Positions 46,101 to 61,100 of a stretch of 64,000 nucleotides of DNA are shown piece by piece (position 1 is the first letter of the stretch; the number at the start of each line of letters is the position of its first letter). Under the pieces are notes generated by a model. That model saw nothing but the letters and a program-made list of their open reading frames with translations. It ran no database searches and was not told where the DNA came from. Position numbers and translations under genes: made by a program. This stretch comes from Klebsormidium nitens (Eukaryota; Plantae; Klebsormidiophyceae): contig DF237458.1 of the NCBI GenBank assembly GCA_000708835.1, positions 3,210 to 67,209 on the forward strand, written 5' to 3'.

Positions 46101-49100
46101 CATGATGGTGCCCAACAGACAGATCATCATGAAGGTCAGACCAGAGCTGCTTAAACCACTCATTCCTCTGAAGTCGCAGCCAGCCCTCGGCTTTTCAAGA
46201 CTCGCACTCCCAGCAGAGGGTTGGTTTCAGGTTCCTGTTGTGTGCTCATTCGACTCCCACACCCTTTGCACGTTTTCAACCACCATTTGTTGGCTTGAAG
46301 TTCTTCTTCCGTCAAGTCGTCAAGCTGCCCACATGCGTTCCAGAAAGATCATGTCACTACGAAAGCTGAGAGAAGCGTAGCGCTCATTTGTCAATGTGCT
46401 GACCCGCGATGACATTCGGTGTCGCAGGTGAAGCTGGCGGCGTGCGGGTTCCAGGAGAACGACATCTTGGCCAAGAAGTTCTTCGTGCTGTACGGCCTGT
46501 GCGAGCAGCAGCTGAGCAAGCAGCCGCACTACGACTTCGGGCTGCGCAACATCCTGTCGGTGCTGCGCACGGCGGGCGGGCAGAAGCGGCAGAACCCGGA
46601 CAAGAGTGAGACGTTCCTCATGATGCGCACGCTGCGCGACATGAACCTCTCCAAGTTCGTCGCGGAGGACGTCCCGCTCTTCCTCTCGCTCATCGAGGAC
46701 CTCTTCCCTGGGATCAAGGCCGAGAAGGCCACCTTCAAGGAGGTGAGCGCGCGCGCGCGCAGTGTGGAGAGCCTTTCGTTTGCTCCAACGGGCTGTCGTC
46801 CGACCTTGAACGTTCAAGTCACCATTACATAAAGCAATTGGACTGCCCCTACGTTTTGATGTGCCTTCTTGATTGACTACCATTTTTGAAAGGCCATCTG
46901 GGCACTTATTCTGACTGTAATGCTGTCAAGCGTTGGTTGCAGAGCGTTTCTGTTCGGACCTCGGATCGACGTACATGCACATTTGTCCGTATTATCAAAG
47001 GACCTTTTGCCGCATATGTCTCAGCTCCACATGACGCAGTTTGCCATGTTCCACGAGAGACGCCCCTGTGGAGCTAACAGTACCCAGCTTTTCTTTACAG
47101 GTCGAGGACGCGCTGCTGCGGCAGGTCGCAGAGCGGGGCCTGCAGCCGCACCCGAGCTGGCTGCAGAAGTGCATCCAGCTGTACGAGACGTACCAGGTGC
47201 GCCACGGAATCATGGTCGTGGGCCCCACCGGAGCCGGAAAGACTGCCATCACCACGTGCCTCGCGGCCGCGCTGAGCGAGGTGACGACGAAACACGTCAT
47301 CTGGAGGATGAACCCGAAGGCCATCACGGCGCCCCAGATGTTCGGGCGTCTGGATCCGGTGACCGGGGACTGGACGGACGGCATCTTCGCGGTGCTGTGG
47401 CGGAAGGCGGCCAAGAGCAAGAACCAGAACACATGGATCGTGCTGGACGGGCCCGTGGACGCCATCTGGATCGAGAACCTCAACACCGTGCTCGACGACA
47501 ACAAGGTCAGCCGCTGCAATCCATCTGCATTTCTATAGGTATCTGGTTGCTGGAGATATGCGCAAAACTCTGAAGCCTTCAATGTGGCTCCTTCAAGCCC
47601 GTTCTGTCAGAGGGCCGATCGCTCAGTTGGGGGTGAGGTTCCCGCGTTGACCCCGCTAATGCTTCTGTTTTTCGTTTGCATGCTCTCTGATAATCCAAAG
47701 GATCAAATGTCAAGGAACAAGGGTAGCCTACCGCTGGAAGTGAGGACCACAAAGCACTCACTTCTTGATTGTCAGATCGACAAAAATGCAGCCTGTACTC
47801 AGCAACTGCGGATTGCACCTCCTCAGGTGCTCACTTTGGCGAACGGCGACCGCATCCCGATGATCGGGCAGATGAAGGCGATGTTCGAGCCGGAGAACCT
47901 GGCGAACGCGTCGCCGGCGACGGTGTCCCGGGCGGGCATCATCTACATCAGCGAGACCGAGCTCGGGTGGGAGCCCGTGGTGCAGAGCTGGCTCGAGAAG
48001 CGGCGCCCCGCGGAGGCCGCGCTGCTCAAGCCGTGCTTCGCCAAGTACGTCGCGGAGATGCTGCAGTTCGTGCGGCTGGAGACGCGGGAGGTCATGAAGA
48101 ACCAGCCCGTCTGCCAGGTGAGGCCACCCGAGAGGAAGGCGTGCTGCCGCGCAACTCACGCACTTCATGTGGAACAGCCCATACTCTGAACGTTTAACAC
48201 AGTTTGTGCAGAATCCGAGGCTGGCCAATATTCCAAGGTCTGTTCCGCGAGGAAAAGTAGGCTGTTCGGTACCCGCTCATAGATGCTGGGCACGAATGTA
48301 AGAAGGAACGTTGGATGCTTTCCCGCAACAAGGAACTTTGCGGAAGAAAGTCACATTTATGCTCTCCTTTCTGAGTTGAGGGTGTAGGGGAATCAAAAGC
48401 TTCTCTGGCTTGGTACATCGGGCACCGCTAATCCCACGGTCCAATGCTGGCAGGTGAACACGCTGCTGACGCTGCTGGCGTCGTGCCTGCACAACACGGT
48501 GGAGGCGAACGAGTTTTTGAGCGAGGGCCACTACGAGCGCATCTTTTTGTACGCGCTCGCGTGGTCCGTCGGCGGCCTGCTCGGCATCGACGACCGCAAG
48601 CTCTTCGACAAAAGGCTCCGCCAGCTGTCCGACAACATGCCGGAATCCGACGGAACGGACGGCGTCTACGAGTTCCTGGTGAACGAGGAGAACACGCAGT
48701 GGGAGCACTGGAGCGGCCACGTGCCCAGCTGGGAGTACCCTGCTGACGTGGAGACGCCCAAGTTCGCGTCGCTCGTGATCCCCACCATGGACTCCGTGCG
48801 CCTGGAGGCGCTGCTGCGGCTCGTGTTCGTGGAGAATGGAGCCACCCTGCTGGTGAGGCGCATTTCAGCACTCACTTCAGGCTCACTGAGAGGTTTCTGT
48901 GCTGAACCGAGCATCTTCGCGACTGCAGCATTCCATTCTCCATTCTTTTTACGCCTGGCCTGCTTAGGATCCGGGTTTTGCGAGATACCGCTGGATCGAG
49001 GAGTTGTATTGGGCGTGGACCAAACGTCGGCGAAGCTAAAGTGGACTGGCGTCGAAGCGCGCTTTAGCCCAAACGTCGGCGGAGCTAAAGTGGACTGGCG

Positions 49101-52100
49101 TCGAGAGCGCGCTTTAGCCCAAATCCTCTCCTGGCATGCTGCATTCCACGCCTTGAGAAATGAACCTACTCTATTTCTGCAATTTCTTCGAATAGCAATT
49201 TCGGATAGCAACAAGCAGTACGTGCATTCTGTCCCGCAGAAGCTTCTCTCATTGGGGCTGAAACATCCGAGCGCTTTGGGCCTATGGAGACCGCGGGAGG
49301 CAACGCTTTGTTCTCGAGGTTTCGGGCAGTACGGCCCCGTCTTCAAGCAATTGCATGTCTGATGTGTCCCTTGTTTTCTTTCTTCAGGTGGGCGGCCCGG
49401 GCACGGCCAAGACGGCGACGGTGAACCAGTTTTTGAGCAAGCTGAACCCGGACCAGATGAGCAGCAAGACCATCACCTTCAGCAGCCTGACGACGCCCAA
49501 GATCTTCCAGGCCTCCATCGAGGGGGCCGTCGAGAAGCGGCAGGGCCGCACCTTCGGGCCGCCCGGCGGGAAGCGGATGGTCGTCTTTGTTGACGACGTC
49601 AGCATGCCCAGCGTCAACGTGTGGGGAGACCAGGTGAGCCGCGTGGTAGCCGTAGGGCCAGGACTGAGCAAATATTTTGGGCTGTTGTGGAGAAAGGCGT
49701 TGAGAGCGCCAATTCCAAGACTGAACCCCTCAGAAAACTTCAAAGCTTTTAGAGACTCCTCCCGTGAGACTTTCGGAGGCCGGGCCGTGCTATTGCGCAG
49801 GCGATGGTTGATATCGATCTCGTCTCTTCTTCTCACGAGCTCAGTAGCCACCTTGACTTGTACTAGAGCTGGTGTCTGGAAATTTCAAGCTTCGAAAGCA
49901 TACAATAATTCGTCGATATGACCGATTTCATCTGTGATTGCTGACTGCTGTTTGTTCCTGTGTCGGCAGGTGACGAACGAGATCGTGCGGCAGCTGCTGG
50001 ACCAGGGCGGCTTCTACAGCCTGGAGAAGCCGGGCGACATGAACAAGGTGGTGGACACGCTGTACATCGCCGCCATGAACCAGCCCGGCGGCGGCAAGAA
50101 CGACATCCCCAACCGCCTCAAACGCCAGTTCGCCACCTTCAACGTGCCGCTACCCAGCACAGCAGCCATCAACAACATCTTCGGCAGCCTTGTCGCAGGA
50201 CGGTGAGACGCGCTGCCCAGATCTCGTCTCGGCCTAGGGAGACCTCCTTCCTTGTCTACAAACCGAAGTTTTGGGGCATCCAAGGCCTGGAAGTTCCTCC
50301 TCCATCGTTCTAAGCTGCCGCATTGCCGCATCGAATAAGTAGATATTACGCTGGTGGGCTTTGGAAAGCTTGCTCTCCCATGTAAAAGTAAAGAGCAACC
50401 TCCAGGCGGGCTGTAGCTGGTGCAATAGCGAGCAGACCCTTCAATCCATCAATGACATTGAGGCACATTTGAAGGGACTGCAGTGGGTAACTGGCGTCCA
50501 CTCAGGAGAACATTATTATACAACGTGCGGTAGTACGCAGTATCCATTTACGCATTTCCATTGCCGCGCAGGTTCGGCGCGGCGCACTTCAGCGCGGCGG
50601 TGGTGGAGGTGGCGGCCAAGCTGGTGCCGGCGACGATCAAGCTGTGGAGCACGGTGACCGCCAAGATGCTGCCCACGCCCGCCAAGTTCCACTACCTCTT
50701 CAACATGCGCGAGCTCTCCCGGGTCTTCCAGGTACGCGCGCGCGCGCACGCGCTCTGTTATATTTGTGCCGAGTCTGCGGAGTTGCGCGTTAGGATGCAG
50801 ATCCCTTCTTCTGATGGAGCGATCAGAAAAGTCGGTAGTCAAGAAAGGCGAAATGAACTTCTCAGTGTGAAGGTTCACAGGGCTTCATGCGGCATGCAAG
50901 CAGATGAACGCAAGCTTGATTCGTAGAACGTTCAGATTCTGCCAGGTGTGTGCAAGACAAGTATCATCATTCGGCACGAAAAACGATCCCGGAATCTGAC
51001 TGCAAGTGCCGGAAAAAATCTTGGAATTCTTTGACTGCAGCTGTCACGTTATGTGAGCTACTTTTCAATTCCTGAATCATCTTAGTTCGAGTCACAGTGT
51101 TACACTCTATCCGCAGGGCATCATCCTCGCGGCGCCGGACCGCTTCGACAAGACCGCGAAGGCCGGCACGTTTGGGGGCACGGTGAAGTCCCCCGAGGGC
51201 TACTTGCTCGCGCTGTGGCGCCACGAGTGCGAGCGCGTGTTCGCGGACAAGATGACCAACCCCGTGGACAAGGCCTGGGTGTCGGACGCCATCATGTCGC
51301 TGGCGTCCGAGTCGTACGGCAAGGAGATGACGGCGCAGATCGAGGAGCCGCTGTACTTCGTCGACTTTCTGCGCGAGGCGGCGGTGGACGCGGAGGGCAA
51401 CGTGGCGGCGGAGCGGCCCAAGAAGTACGAGGCCGTGCGCGACCTGAGCACGCTCAAGGAGCGGGTGGAGGCGCTGCAGAAAAAGTTCAACGAGGACAAC
51501 AAGGTCAGCGCATGCGCATCTGGCCACCGCCGCCGTCAGGCGCAGGCTTGAAGCTAGAGGTGATAGTGTGGCAACGAAGATGGTTCGGTCGTATCCTGTC
51601 CAATTTCCCTCAGGTTCTTAAATTGTGCTGTCTTACCGGCCCCGCAAGCGGCACAACAATCATAGTTCACCAACTTTCCAATTGAATTTGGACTTGTGAG
51701 TACTTCACAGCCTTAAAGACCGGAGGCAGTACTACTAGTCTAGGAGTCAAGCAGCTGAGCAATCTTGATTGCGCCCCCTCTTCCGAGCAACACAACAACC
51801 CCGCACTGCAGGTTAGCAAGCTGAAATAGATCAGAATTGAAGCGGCATTGCAAGCTCGAAGATTCGAACAAGGATGGTGCACAAACCGGAATGCGGCCTC
51901 TTCTGCTTTGCAACTCCACGGAGACAGTCAACCGATCCCAGCAGCCTCTGTTTTTCGGCGCAGGTGGGCAAGCTGGAGCTGGTGCTGTTCGAGGACGCGC
52001 TGCGTCACATGATGCGCATCAGCCGGCTGCTGGGCATGGACCGCGGCTCCGCGCTGCTGGTCGGCGTGGGCGGCTCCGGCAAGCAGAGCCTCACGCGCCT

Positions 52101-55100
52101 CGCGGCCTACATCGCGGGCGCGTTCACGTTCCAGATCACCATCACCAAGACGTACAACGTGACCAACCTGCTGGAGGACATCAAGGCGCTCTACAAGGTC
52201 GCCGGCTTCAAGGGCCAGCCCGTGGCGTTCGTCTTCACGGACGCGGAGGTGAAGGAGGAGGCGTTCCTGGAGTACGTGAACCAGCTGCTGATGACGGGCG
52301 AGGTGGCGGGCCTGCTGGCCAAGGACGAGGTGGACCTCATCGTGAACGACATCCGGCCCGTCATGAAGGCCGCGCAGCCGGACACCGTGGACACGTACGA
52401 GAACCTGTACAAGTTCTTCATCGACCGCGTGCGCGACAACCTGCACGTCGTGCTCTGCTTCTCGCCCGTCGGCGACAAGTTTGCGCGGCGCGCCATGCAG
52501 TTCCCGGGGCTCATCAACGGCTGCACCATTGACTGGTTCCTGCCATGGCCCGTCGACGCGCTCAAGGTGGGGGCCCTCGACACCTTCGCCTAGACTTTTT
52601 TGTCGCTCCCCCTCGATCCGATTGTTTCTCTATCTGGCATCGTTCAAGGAGGTGCAAAGGCTCCTTAGCCAAGCTGTTGAGTAGCATTGTTGACGGTAGT
52701 CTCGAGACCTTCGTTCAGAAGGTTCCTGCTAAGTTTGAAAGCGGTTGATTGATAGGCTTGCGATAAGGCACTGTGTCTTTCCTGAAGCCCTGGAAAAAGA
52801 CGGTGAATACATTTGCCTCTTCATCCTGCCTCTGTCCAGCTCTCCTCTCTTCCCCGGCTCTGCTGTTCGCACCCACAAGGACCTCTTTGCTATCTGCTTG
52901 CCTACTTTTCTGCTCCAAGCTGACTTCACCGGACAATCTCTTGTAGGTAAGGATTTGAACAAAGATCGATTTTCTGGCCGTCCAAGGGCCTCCAAGATAA
53001 GCCTGACACTTATCCTTGCCACGCCGTGTGATGCAGGGCGTGGCGACCAAGTTCGTGAGTAACTTCGAGATGAGCAGCAGCGCGGAGGTCAAGGCGGAGC
53101 TGATCAACCACATGGCCCACGTGCACAACGCGGTGACCGCCGCCTGCTCCGAGTACTTCGACCGCTACCGCCGCCACGTGTACGTCACCCCCAAGAGCTA
53201 CCTGTCGTTCATCAACGGCTACAAGTCGCTGTACTCGCGCAAGTTCGCGGAGGTGAAGGAGCTGTCGGACAAGATCAGCAGCGGGCTGGCCAAGCTGAAC
53301 CAGGCCAAGACGGATGTGGGCAGGATGAAAATCGAGCTGGCCGCCAAGAACGTGTCGCTCGCGGAGGCGCAGAAGGTGACGGAGGGGTTGCTCAAGGAGA
53401 TCAGCGCGAGCACGGCGGTCGCGGAGAAGGAGAAGGCCAAGGTGTCGGTGGTGCAGAGCCAGGCGAAGCAGATGGCGGACGAGATCGGGAAAACCAAGGA
53501 AGACGCCGAGCGGGTGAGTCAATCGTGTGCTGTTGTTTCCAAACCGTATGCATGAGGCGGAGAGGAAATCATGCTGGACCCTTGGATATAAGTGAGGTTT
53601 CTTGAAGCGTTGGAGCTCTTTTAAAGCTGCAGTTCGTGGCCAGCGAAGATCAGCTGCTCAATGCTCTTAGGTTAGGACATATTAAACAAGCGTGGCATGG
53701 TTCTCAATTAAGCCCAGCATGTTGCTTGCAGAGATGCTCCGCTCGAGGAAAGGGAACTAAGTCGTCGATCCTCCTTTTCTTTCTCTCGCATTCTCAATTG
53801 CACGAGACACACCTTGAATGTATTCAAGGAAGGTTTCCGACGGGAACTTTTTTTGCTTCAAATTTGTGCTAAGAATTCATAATTCTTTTCCAGAGGAGTT
53901 ACCTGTGCTGTTTGTTCTCCGCAGGATCTGGCGGCGGCGAAGCCCGCGATGGAGGAGGCGGTGGCGGCGCTGAGCAGCATCAGCAGCAAGGACATCAGCA
54001 CTCTCAAGCAGCTGAAGAAGCCGCCGGACATCGTGAAGCGCATCTTCGACACGGTGCTGGTGCTCAAGCAGCAGCCGCTGAACAAGGTGGAGTACGAGGA
54101 CCAGAAGGGCGAGCAGGTGGTCTCGTCCAGCTACCAGTACAGCATCAACATGATGTCCGACATGGGCTTCCTCGGCACGCTCATGAACTTCCCCAAGGAG
54201 CAAATCAACGACGAAACCATCGAGCTGCTTCAGGTGAGGCCACAAGTGCTCGGCAGAGCCTTGCGTCAAAAGTGATTGAGAAGTTGGTCCTTCAGGGCAT
54301 TCGTGGCTTCGCAAAAAGTCTGAGCGGGCTCTGTGAATGTGACGTGGGTATCTGACAACGTATATCACATGTTCTTGAAATCGTTCTTTGCAGCCCCAAG
54401 GTGATGCCGTCCAGTAAGGAGCCTTCAATCCGCATGCTTAATCCCTGAGTTGTGGAGACGAAGGAATACGGGATACTCACATATTTTGACACCCGACCTA
54501 GGGGCATAGCGTGGCCTTTCCTTTGCTTTGCATCGTCTGATGACCCTCTCCGTATTTCCGCAGCCGTACTTCCGGTCGACGGACTACAATTACGATGCCG
54601 CGAAGAAGGCGAGCGGCAACGTGGCTGGCCTGTGCTCGTGGTGCAAGGCCATGTGCACCTACCACGAGGTCGCCAAGGTCGTCGAGCCCAAGATCGCCGC
54701 CCTCATGGCCTCCGAGGCCGAGCTCAAGGTCAGCCGCCCGCGCGCAACCATTCTGTGACTACCAGCTTTTCTCAGGGCTAAAGACTCAATTTCCTGAGCG
54801 CTTGCACAAAGGAGATGCTCACAGATGCGTCCCAGCACATCTTCCCCACTTTCCAAAATGTTCACTTTTGAGATCGCGTGATGCTGTCGCCGTCGCTTCT
54901 TAGCAGCAGTCCAGCTTGCCATTTCCAAGCCAGGTATTTGTCAAACGTGACAATCTCTGGTCCAAACAAGCACGCCAAATCCCTATAAGGAGTAAGCATA
55001 AGAACAGAACGGATCTCTAACATTTCCGGTGACCTGATCCCCGCCCCCTCGTGTTGCTGCAGATTGCGACGAAGAAGCTGAACGAGGCGGAGGAGAAGAT

Positions 55101-58100
55101 GGCGGCGGTGCAGCGCGAGCTGGACCGCATGCAGACGCAGTTCGACGCCGCGATGAAGGAGAAGCGCATGCTGGAGGAGGACGCCAATTTGACGCAGCGC
55201 AAGATGGACACCGCCACCGCGCTCATCAAGGCGCTCGCCGGCGAGGAGACGCGCTGGACGGCGCAGAGCAACGAGTTCGCCGCCACCATTCAGCGCCTCG
55301 CCGGCGACTGCGCGCTCGCCAGCAGCTTCGTCTCCTACTGCGGGCCCTTCAACAAGGAGTTCCGCGAGCTGCTGCTCACGCGGGACCTCGTCCAGGTCAG
55401 CGCGTCGCCCGCCGCAGCTTTGCTGTGTCTTCTTGACGGGCTGTGGTCGTTAGCAAGCCAGCGTTTGCTTTGCTTTGAATGAGACTGCGCCCACAACTGA
55501 CAGCATGCCATACTCTTTGTCTACATTTACGTCAATCTTTATGCGCACACTCCAGAAAATCGGCTGACGACAGGAATTGCAGGATAAGCGTCCGGCTGTG
55601 CTCTTGTTTTCCGCCGCTTCAAGCGTTCTGATGCGATCTAAGTAAGTGGGACTCTCATCTACTTTAATCAAAACGGTCAGATGCTGACACTCCCGTTTCC
55701 CGCTCCCGCGCGCAGGACTGCGTGGCGCGCAAGATCCCGGTGAGCGAGCAGCTGGCGGTGACCCAGTTCTTGGTGGACGAGGCGGAGCCCGGGGAGTGGA
55801 TCCTGCAGGGCCTGCCCACCGACGAGCTGAGCCTGCAGAACGGCATCCTGGTCACGCGCGCCACGCGCTGGCCCGTGCTCGTGGACCCGCAGGGGCAGGG
55901 CCTGCTGTGGCTCAAAACCAAGGAGGCCGCCAACCAGCTGCGCGTCACCAGCCTCAACGACAAGCAGTTCCGCAACCACCTCGAGGACTGCCTCGTCTAC
56001 GGCAAGCCGCTCCTCATCGAAAACATCGAGGAGGAGCTCGACCCGGTGAGCGCTGCGCGCCACGCGGGGCGCGCCACATGATGCCATTCAGTGGCAACTG
56101 AAATTTTCCTAGTTTTCTTAATTGCTGGAAGCTGCAAGCAGGGCTTCTTAGGAATTGCCGCTCTCTTGTGGTCGGTAGGCTTTAACAGGCTGTGACAAGG
56201 CTATTACTAGCGTCGGCACTGCTGTGCACCCTCTACGCATCAGGCAGAGTGTCCACTTAAAAGCTTTCCCTTACAATTGCTTTACTGGCTTTTTACAAGT
56301 CACAGCTGGTTCGGTCTTTCACGGTTCGTAAGACAACGTCAAGCCTGCAAGAACATGGACGTCTGAGACTCTCATAAGCTGGCGGTGACGTCTTACTCAT
56401 TCCTGCGCCCGTGCCACAGGTGCTGGACCCGGTGCTGGAGAAGCGCATCGTGAAGAGCGGCAAGGGCTTCAAGATTGCATTGGCGGACAAGGAGGTCGAC
56501 TACTCGCCCTCCTTCCAGCTATACCTCACCACGCGCCTCCCCAACCCGCACTTCACGCCCGAGCTCAGCGCCAAGGTACGTGGAACGCTTGGGCAGGGGG
56601 CAGCTGTCATCTAGCTACTCTGTTCTGGCGTTCATCGTATTTCTTCCTTGTCTCATTACAAAGTTGATTGCTTTTCAGCACTGAAGGGTGTAGAAAGGCT
56701 GAGTTGTAAGGCTGAATTGCGCCGTGTCGGCCTGCAGGTGACGGTGATTGACTTCACAGTGACGATGGCCGGCCTGGAGGACCAGCTGCTGGGCAAGCTC
56801 ATCCTCAAGGAGAAGCACGAGCTGGAGGAGCAGCGCCAGAAGCTGCTCGAAGAAGTCAACAGGTGAGAACCGGCGGCACACCGGAATGTACCACGCGCTA
56901 AGTTGTGATTCCAAGAATGCTAATGGTGAAGCGGCAAATACAGTAGTTAATAACACAGATCGGAGAGTACCAGTATTCTCAACTTGACGCCACAAGCAAA
57001 GCCCTCTTGTCGGGATTGGCTCAACAAAAAAGTAAAGTCAGATTCCAACTTGGTCAAACCCGGTGGTCAGTCCCGGCAGTAGTAGCACTTTTAGGCGCCG
57101 CTAGAGGAACGGTTGTTGTGCCTGCTCGTGAATGTTAGTCCTCCTTGTCGCTTGTCTCACGCGCTGACGCTCCGGTTTGGCCGCTCTTCCTCTTGCAGCT
57201 ACAAGAAGAAGATCAAGCAGCTGGAGGACGACCTGCTGTTCCGGCTGAGCACGAGCACGGGCAACCTGCTGGACGACACGGAGCTGATCGACGTGCTGGC
57301 GGTGACCAAGCAGACCGCGCAGGACGTGAACGAGAAGCTGGCCAACGCCACGGAGACCAACCGCAAGATCACGGAGGCGTGCGAGGAGTACCGCCCCGTG
57401 GCGCGGCGCGCGACGCTGGTGTACTTCCTCATCGCGGAGTTCAGCTGCGTGAACGTGATGTACCAGACGAGCCTGAAGCAGTTCAACCGGCTGTACGAGG
57501 GCGCCATCGACCACGCGGAGAAGGCGGTGATGCCCAGCAAGCGCATCGCCAACATCAGCGACTACCTCACCTTCTCGCTCTACAAGTACGTGCAGCGCGG
57601 CCTGTTCGAGCGGCACAAGCTGACGTTCGCGCTCATGCTGGCCATGCGCATCCTGGTGGCGGACAAGAAGCTGAGCGAGCCGGAGGTGGCGTGCCTGCTC
57701 AAGGGCGGCGCCGCGCTGGACATCAAGGCCGTGCGCAAGAAGGCTAAGGACTGGATCCCCGACGCCGTCTGGCTCAACGTCATCGCCATGACCGCGCTGC
57801 CGCAGTTCCAGGTGGGTCCCAAGGGGTGGTCGGGATCAACTCAGTTCTTTCAGTCCTTCCAGTCTCACGGCGCAAGTATTCCTAGATTGAAGACAAAGGT
57901 CGCTTCAGCTCTAAACAAATACTTTTTGCACTGAGCCCAATTGGCAGCTAACACCGCGCGCTTCGATTCAGTTTGGCTTGCAGACACAAGCCACAATGTC
58001 CTGGCTCCCGGCATGCTTGCTTGTCACTGTAAGGTATATCATCTGCTGCTTGGAGGTGGAACCAAGGACTCCATTCCGAAAGCTCTAAAGTCGGGAATCT

Positions 58101-61100
58101 GAGGCCGATCAGAGCTTCCAAAGCCGCAACCGCCGTGTTACGAGAACCGCACCAGCTTGCGCCGTTTCAAGTGGTCCGATTCCAGTCCAAGTCTCAACCT
58201 TCTGAGATACCGAAGGGATGCGCCGGTGAACTCCAAGAAAGAGGAATATGACAAAGATGGCAAAGATGTGCTCACCGTATCTCCCCTGCAGGACCTGGCG
58301 GACGCCATCACGCGCGCGGAGGCGATCTGGAAGCAGTGGTATGACCAGGAGGCGCCCGAGGCGGCGCGGGTGCCCGACTACGAGGACCGGCTGTCCAAGT
58401 TCGACCGCATGCTGCTCGTCAAGGCCTTCCGCGACGACCGCACGCTCATCGCAGCCACCGACTTCATCGCAGACAGGTGACCGCCGCTGCACACGCCGAT
58501 GGACAACTTTTGGCCTTCCGAGAATAATAATTGCTGAGGACTGCAAATCTGGGAACACATGCCGTGATCCTGGAAAGCCACGATAAGCAGGTTTTTAATC
58601 TGAAAAGATAAGGAACGCGGCTCCTGACCGAAGCGTGCAGTCCGGGTGGTTTCCTTTACTCCCAGATTCGTTTAGAGATGCTTCGAGATTAGCTGTATAG
58701 ATAACAGCTGCCACTCTGCTTCAGTCAGGACCCCCAGACAAGAAGTTGCGGCAACATTCTTAGCTCCTCATCGTGCTGCGACATCCTGACCCTCGCTTTT
58801 CTTGACGCAGCCTTGGCCCGCGGTACGTGGAGAGCATTCCGTTGAGCATGGAGGCCATCTGGGCGGACAGCGGCGCCAAGACGCCGCTGATCTGCCTGCT
58901 GTCGCCGGGCGCGGACCCGACCAAGCTGATCGAGGACCTGGCGAAGCGCAAGAAGATCAAGGTCATGGGCGTCTCCATGGGCCAGGGCCAGGAGATCATC
59001 GCGCGCAAGTACATGGCCGCCGCCGTGCAGGAGGGCTGCTGGGTCCTCCTGCAAAACACGCACCTCGGCCTCAAGTGAGCGCCAGCGCTTTCGGCCCCTG
59101 TAGCTGTTCGTTTTCTTGAAGAAGCAGGGTTCTAGGATGACTTGATCTCGGGAACCTATCGATCATTTCTTCCTCGGCATTTGCTGTGGTAAAATCTGCA
59201 AGCGTTACTTCCAGTGCTTCGGGTCAAGGCTTTTTAGAAATTGTTGCGATTGATTTCGAGCACTCAAGCAACTACTGCTCCGTGGCTGCAGCTACTTGAC
59301 GGAGGTGGAGCAGTTTTTGACCAAGACGGAGGAGATGCACGAGGACTTCCGGCTGTGGATCACCGCGGAGCCGCACCCCAAGTTCCCCATCGGCCTGCTG
59401 CACATCGGGATCAAGATCACCAACGAGGCGCCCGTCGGCATGCGCGCGGGGCTCAAGGGCAGCTACCAGGTAAAACAAAGGGACGCATGCAAGGCTGGCA
59501 GCACTCCTCTGATCATGAAGTGCAACATGATCATGAAGTGCAACAGAGATCGCTGATTAAGCAAACGGTGAAAGTTTGCCTCTTCAAAGCCGAAATTGGC
59601 ACCACTCAAATTCCTCAGCGTTCACTTTGACGCCCACTGAACAATGAAAGGAAGGCTGCTTTTGGGAGCCCTGTGATTGTCCTTAGTTGCTTGCAAAGAC
59701 GCAATCTGACCCAGCCGAGTACAACACGCTGCTTGACCTGTCGCTTTTGTCTGCCGCTGCAGTGGGTGAGCCAGGACATGATGGACGTGATCCCGCGCGG
59801 CGAGTGGCGGCAGCTGCTGTTCGTCATGTGCTTCGTGCACAGCGTGGTGCAGGAGCGCCGCAAGTTCGGGCCCATCGGCTGGAACGTGCCCTACGAGTTC
59901 AACCAGAGCGACCTCAGCGCGAGCGTGCAGTTCCTGGAGAACCACATCATGGAGATGGACGCCAAGAAGAGCTCGCAAATCACCTGGACCACGGTGAGCG
60001 CCGCCGGAAAAGCCCTGCTCATCACTAACAGCGCCGGTGTCTGTAATACCGTAACTCCAAGACTGTGGACTGGAATCGTGCGTCGTTGTGTTCACCCATT
60101 GGAGCCTTGACAGGGCGTGCGGTGCGGCAACCTGTAGCAGCTATTTCCTTCTTTTCCGCTCTCCTCGGTGTGCGGGCACTGACGTGGCTGTCCGTTGTTC
60201 TCCCCCAGGTGCGGTACATGATCAGCGAGATCCAGTACGGCGGGCGCATCACGGACGACTTTGACCGCACGCTGATGAACACGTACGCGGAGCAGTACTT
60301 CCACCAGGGCGTCATGGACAAGGCCTGCCAGCTGTACCCCGGCTACAAGGTCCCCGACGGCCTTGAAATCGGCCACTTCCGCCAGGTCAGCCCGCCGGCG
60401 AAGAAGCAGCCGCTGCCGGCCGGGCTGTAGCGACAGCAGCTGTGACCCGTCGAGAATGTTGCTTGCATACCCCGGCTCTTATCGAAAGGAGCTTTGTATC
60501 GTTTACCGGAGCTGGCTGTCCTGCACTGCAGCATTGTCTCGCAAGATGACAAGGCGATTGTCTGCAAGGGGGAAGTTTTGCTGGGCTTGACTTGTGTTGC
60601 CATTTGTCCTAATTACAATAGCCCTTCTTGTTATTTCCCTACCTTACCGCCACAAGCCGGTTGCTGACTTCGCCCTCCGCCTTGGTGCTGGCGCAGGCGA
60701 TCGACGCATTCCCCAGCAACGAGTCGCCCGAGATCTTTGGGCTGCACCCCAATGCAGACCTGACGTTCCGCGCGCTGCAAGTGCGCGAGTGCATCGGCAC
60801 CATTTTGGACACCGCCCCCAAGGCGGGCGCGGCCGCGGGCGGGCTGAGCCGCGAGGAGACGGTGGACAAGCTGGCGGAGGACCTGCTCGCGCGCATCCCC
60901 AAGCCGTTCGGCGGCGAGGAGACCAAGGAGAAGCTGAAGAAGCTGCGCGACGGGCCGGCCGCGCCGCTCAACGTGCACCTGAAGCAGGAGATCGACCGGC
61001 TGAACACCATTCTCAGCCTGGCCGCCGCCACGCTCACCAACCTGCGCCTCGCGGTTGCGGGCACCATCGCGCTCTCGGGGCCGCTCATCGACGCGCTCGA

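Noticed and set aside
49020-49123. CRISPR-like palindromic repeat
   Set aside because: Only two units, with an essentially identical loop and no variable spacers. It is a simple tandem duplication.
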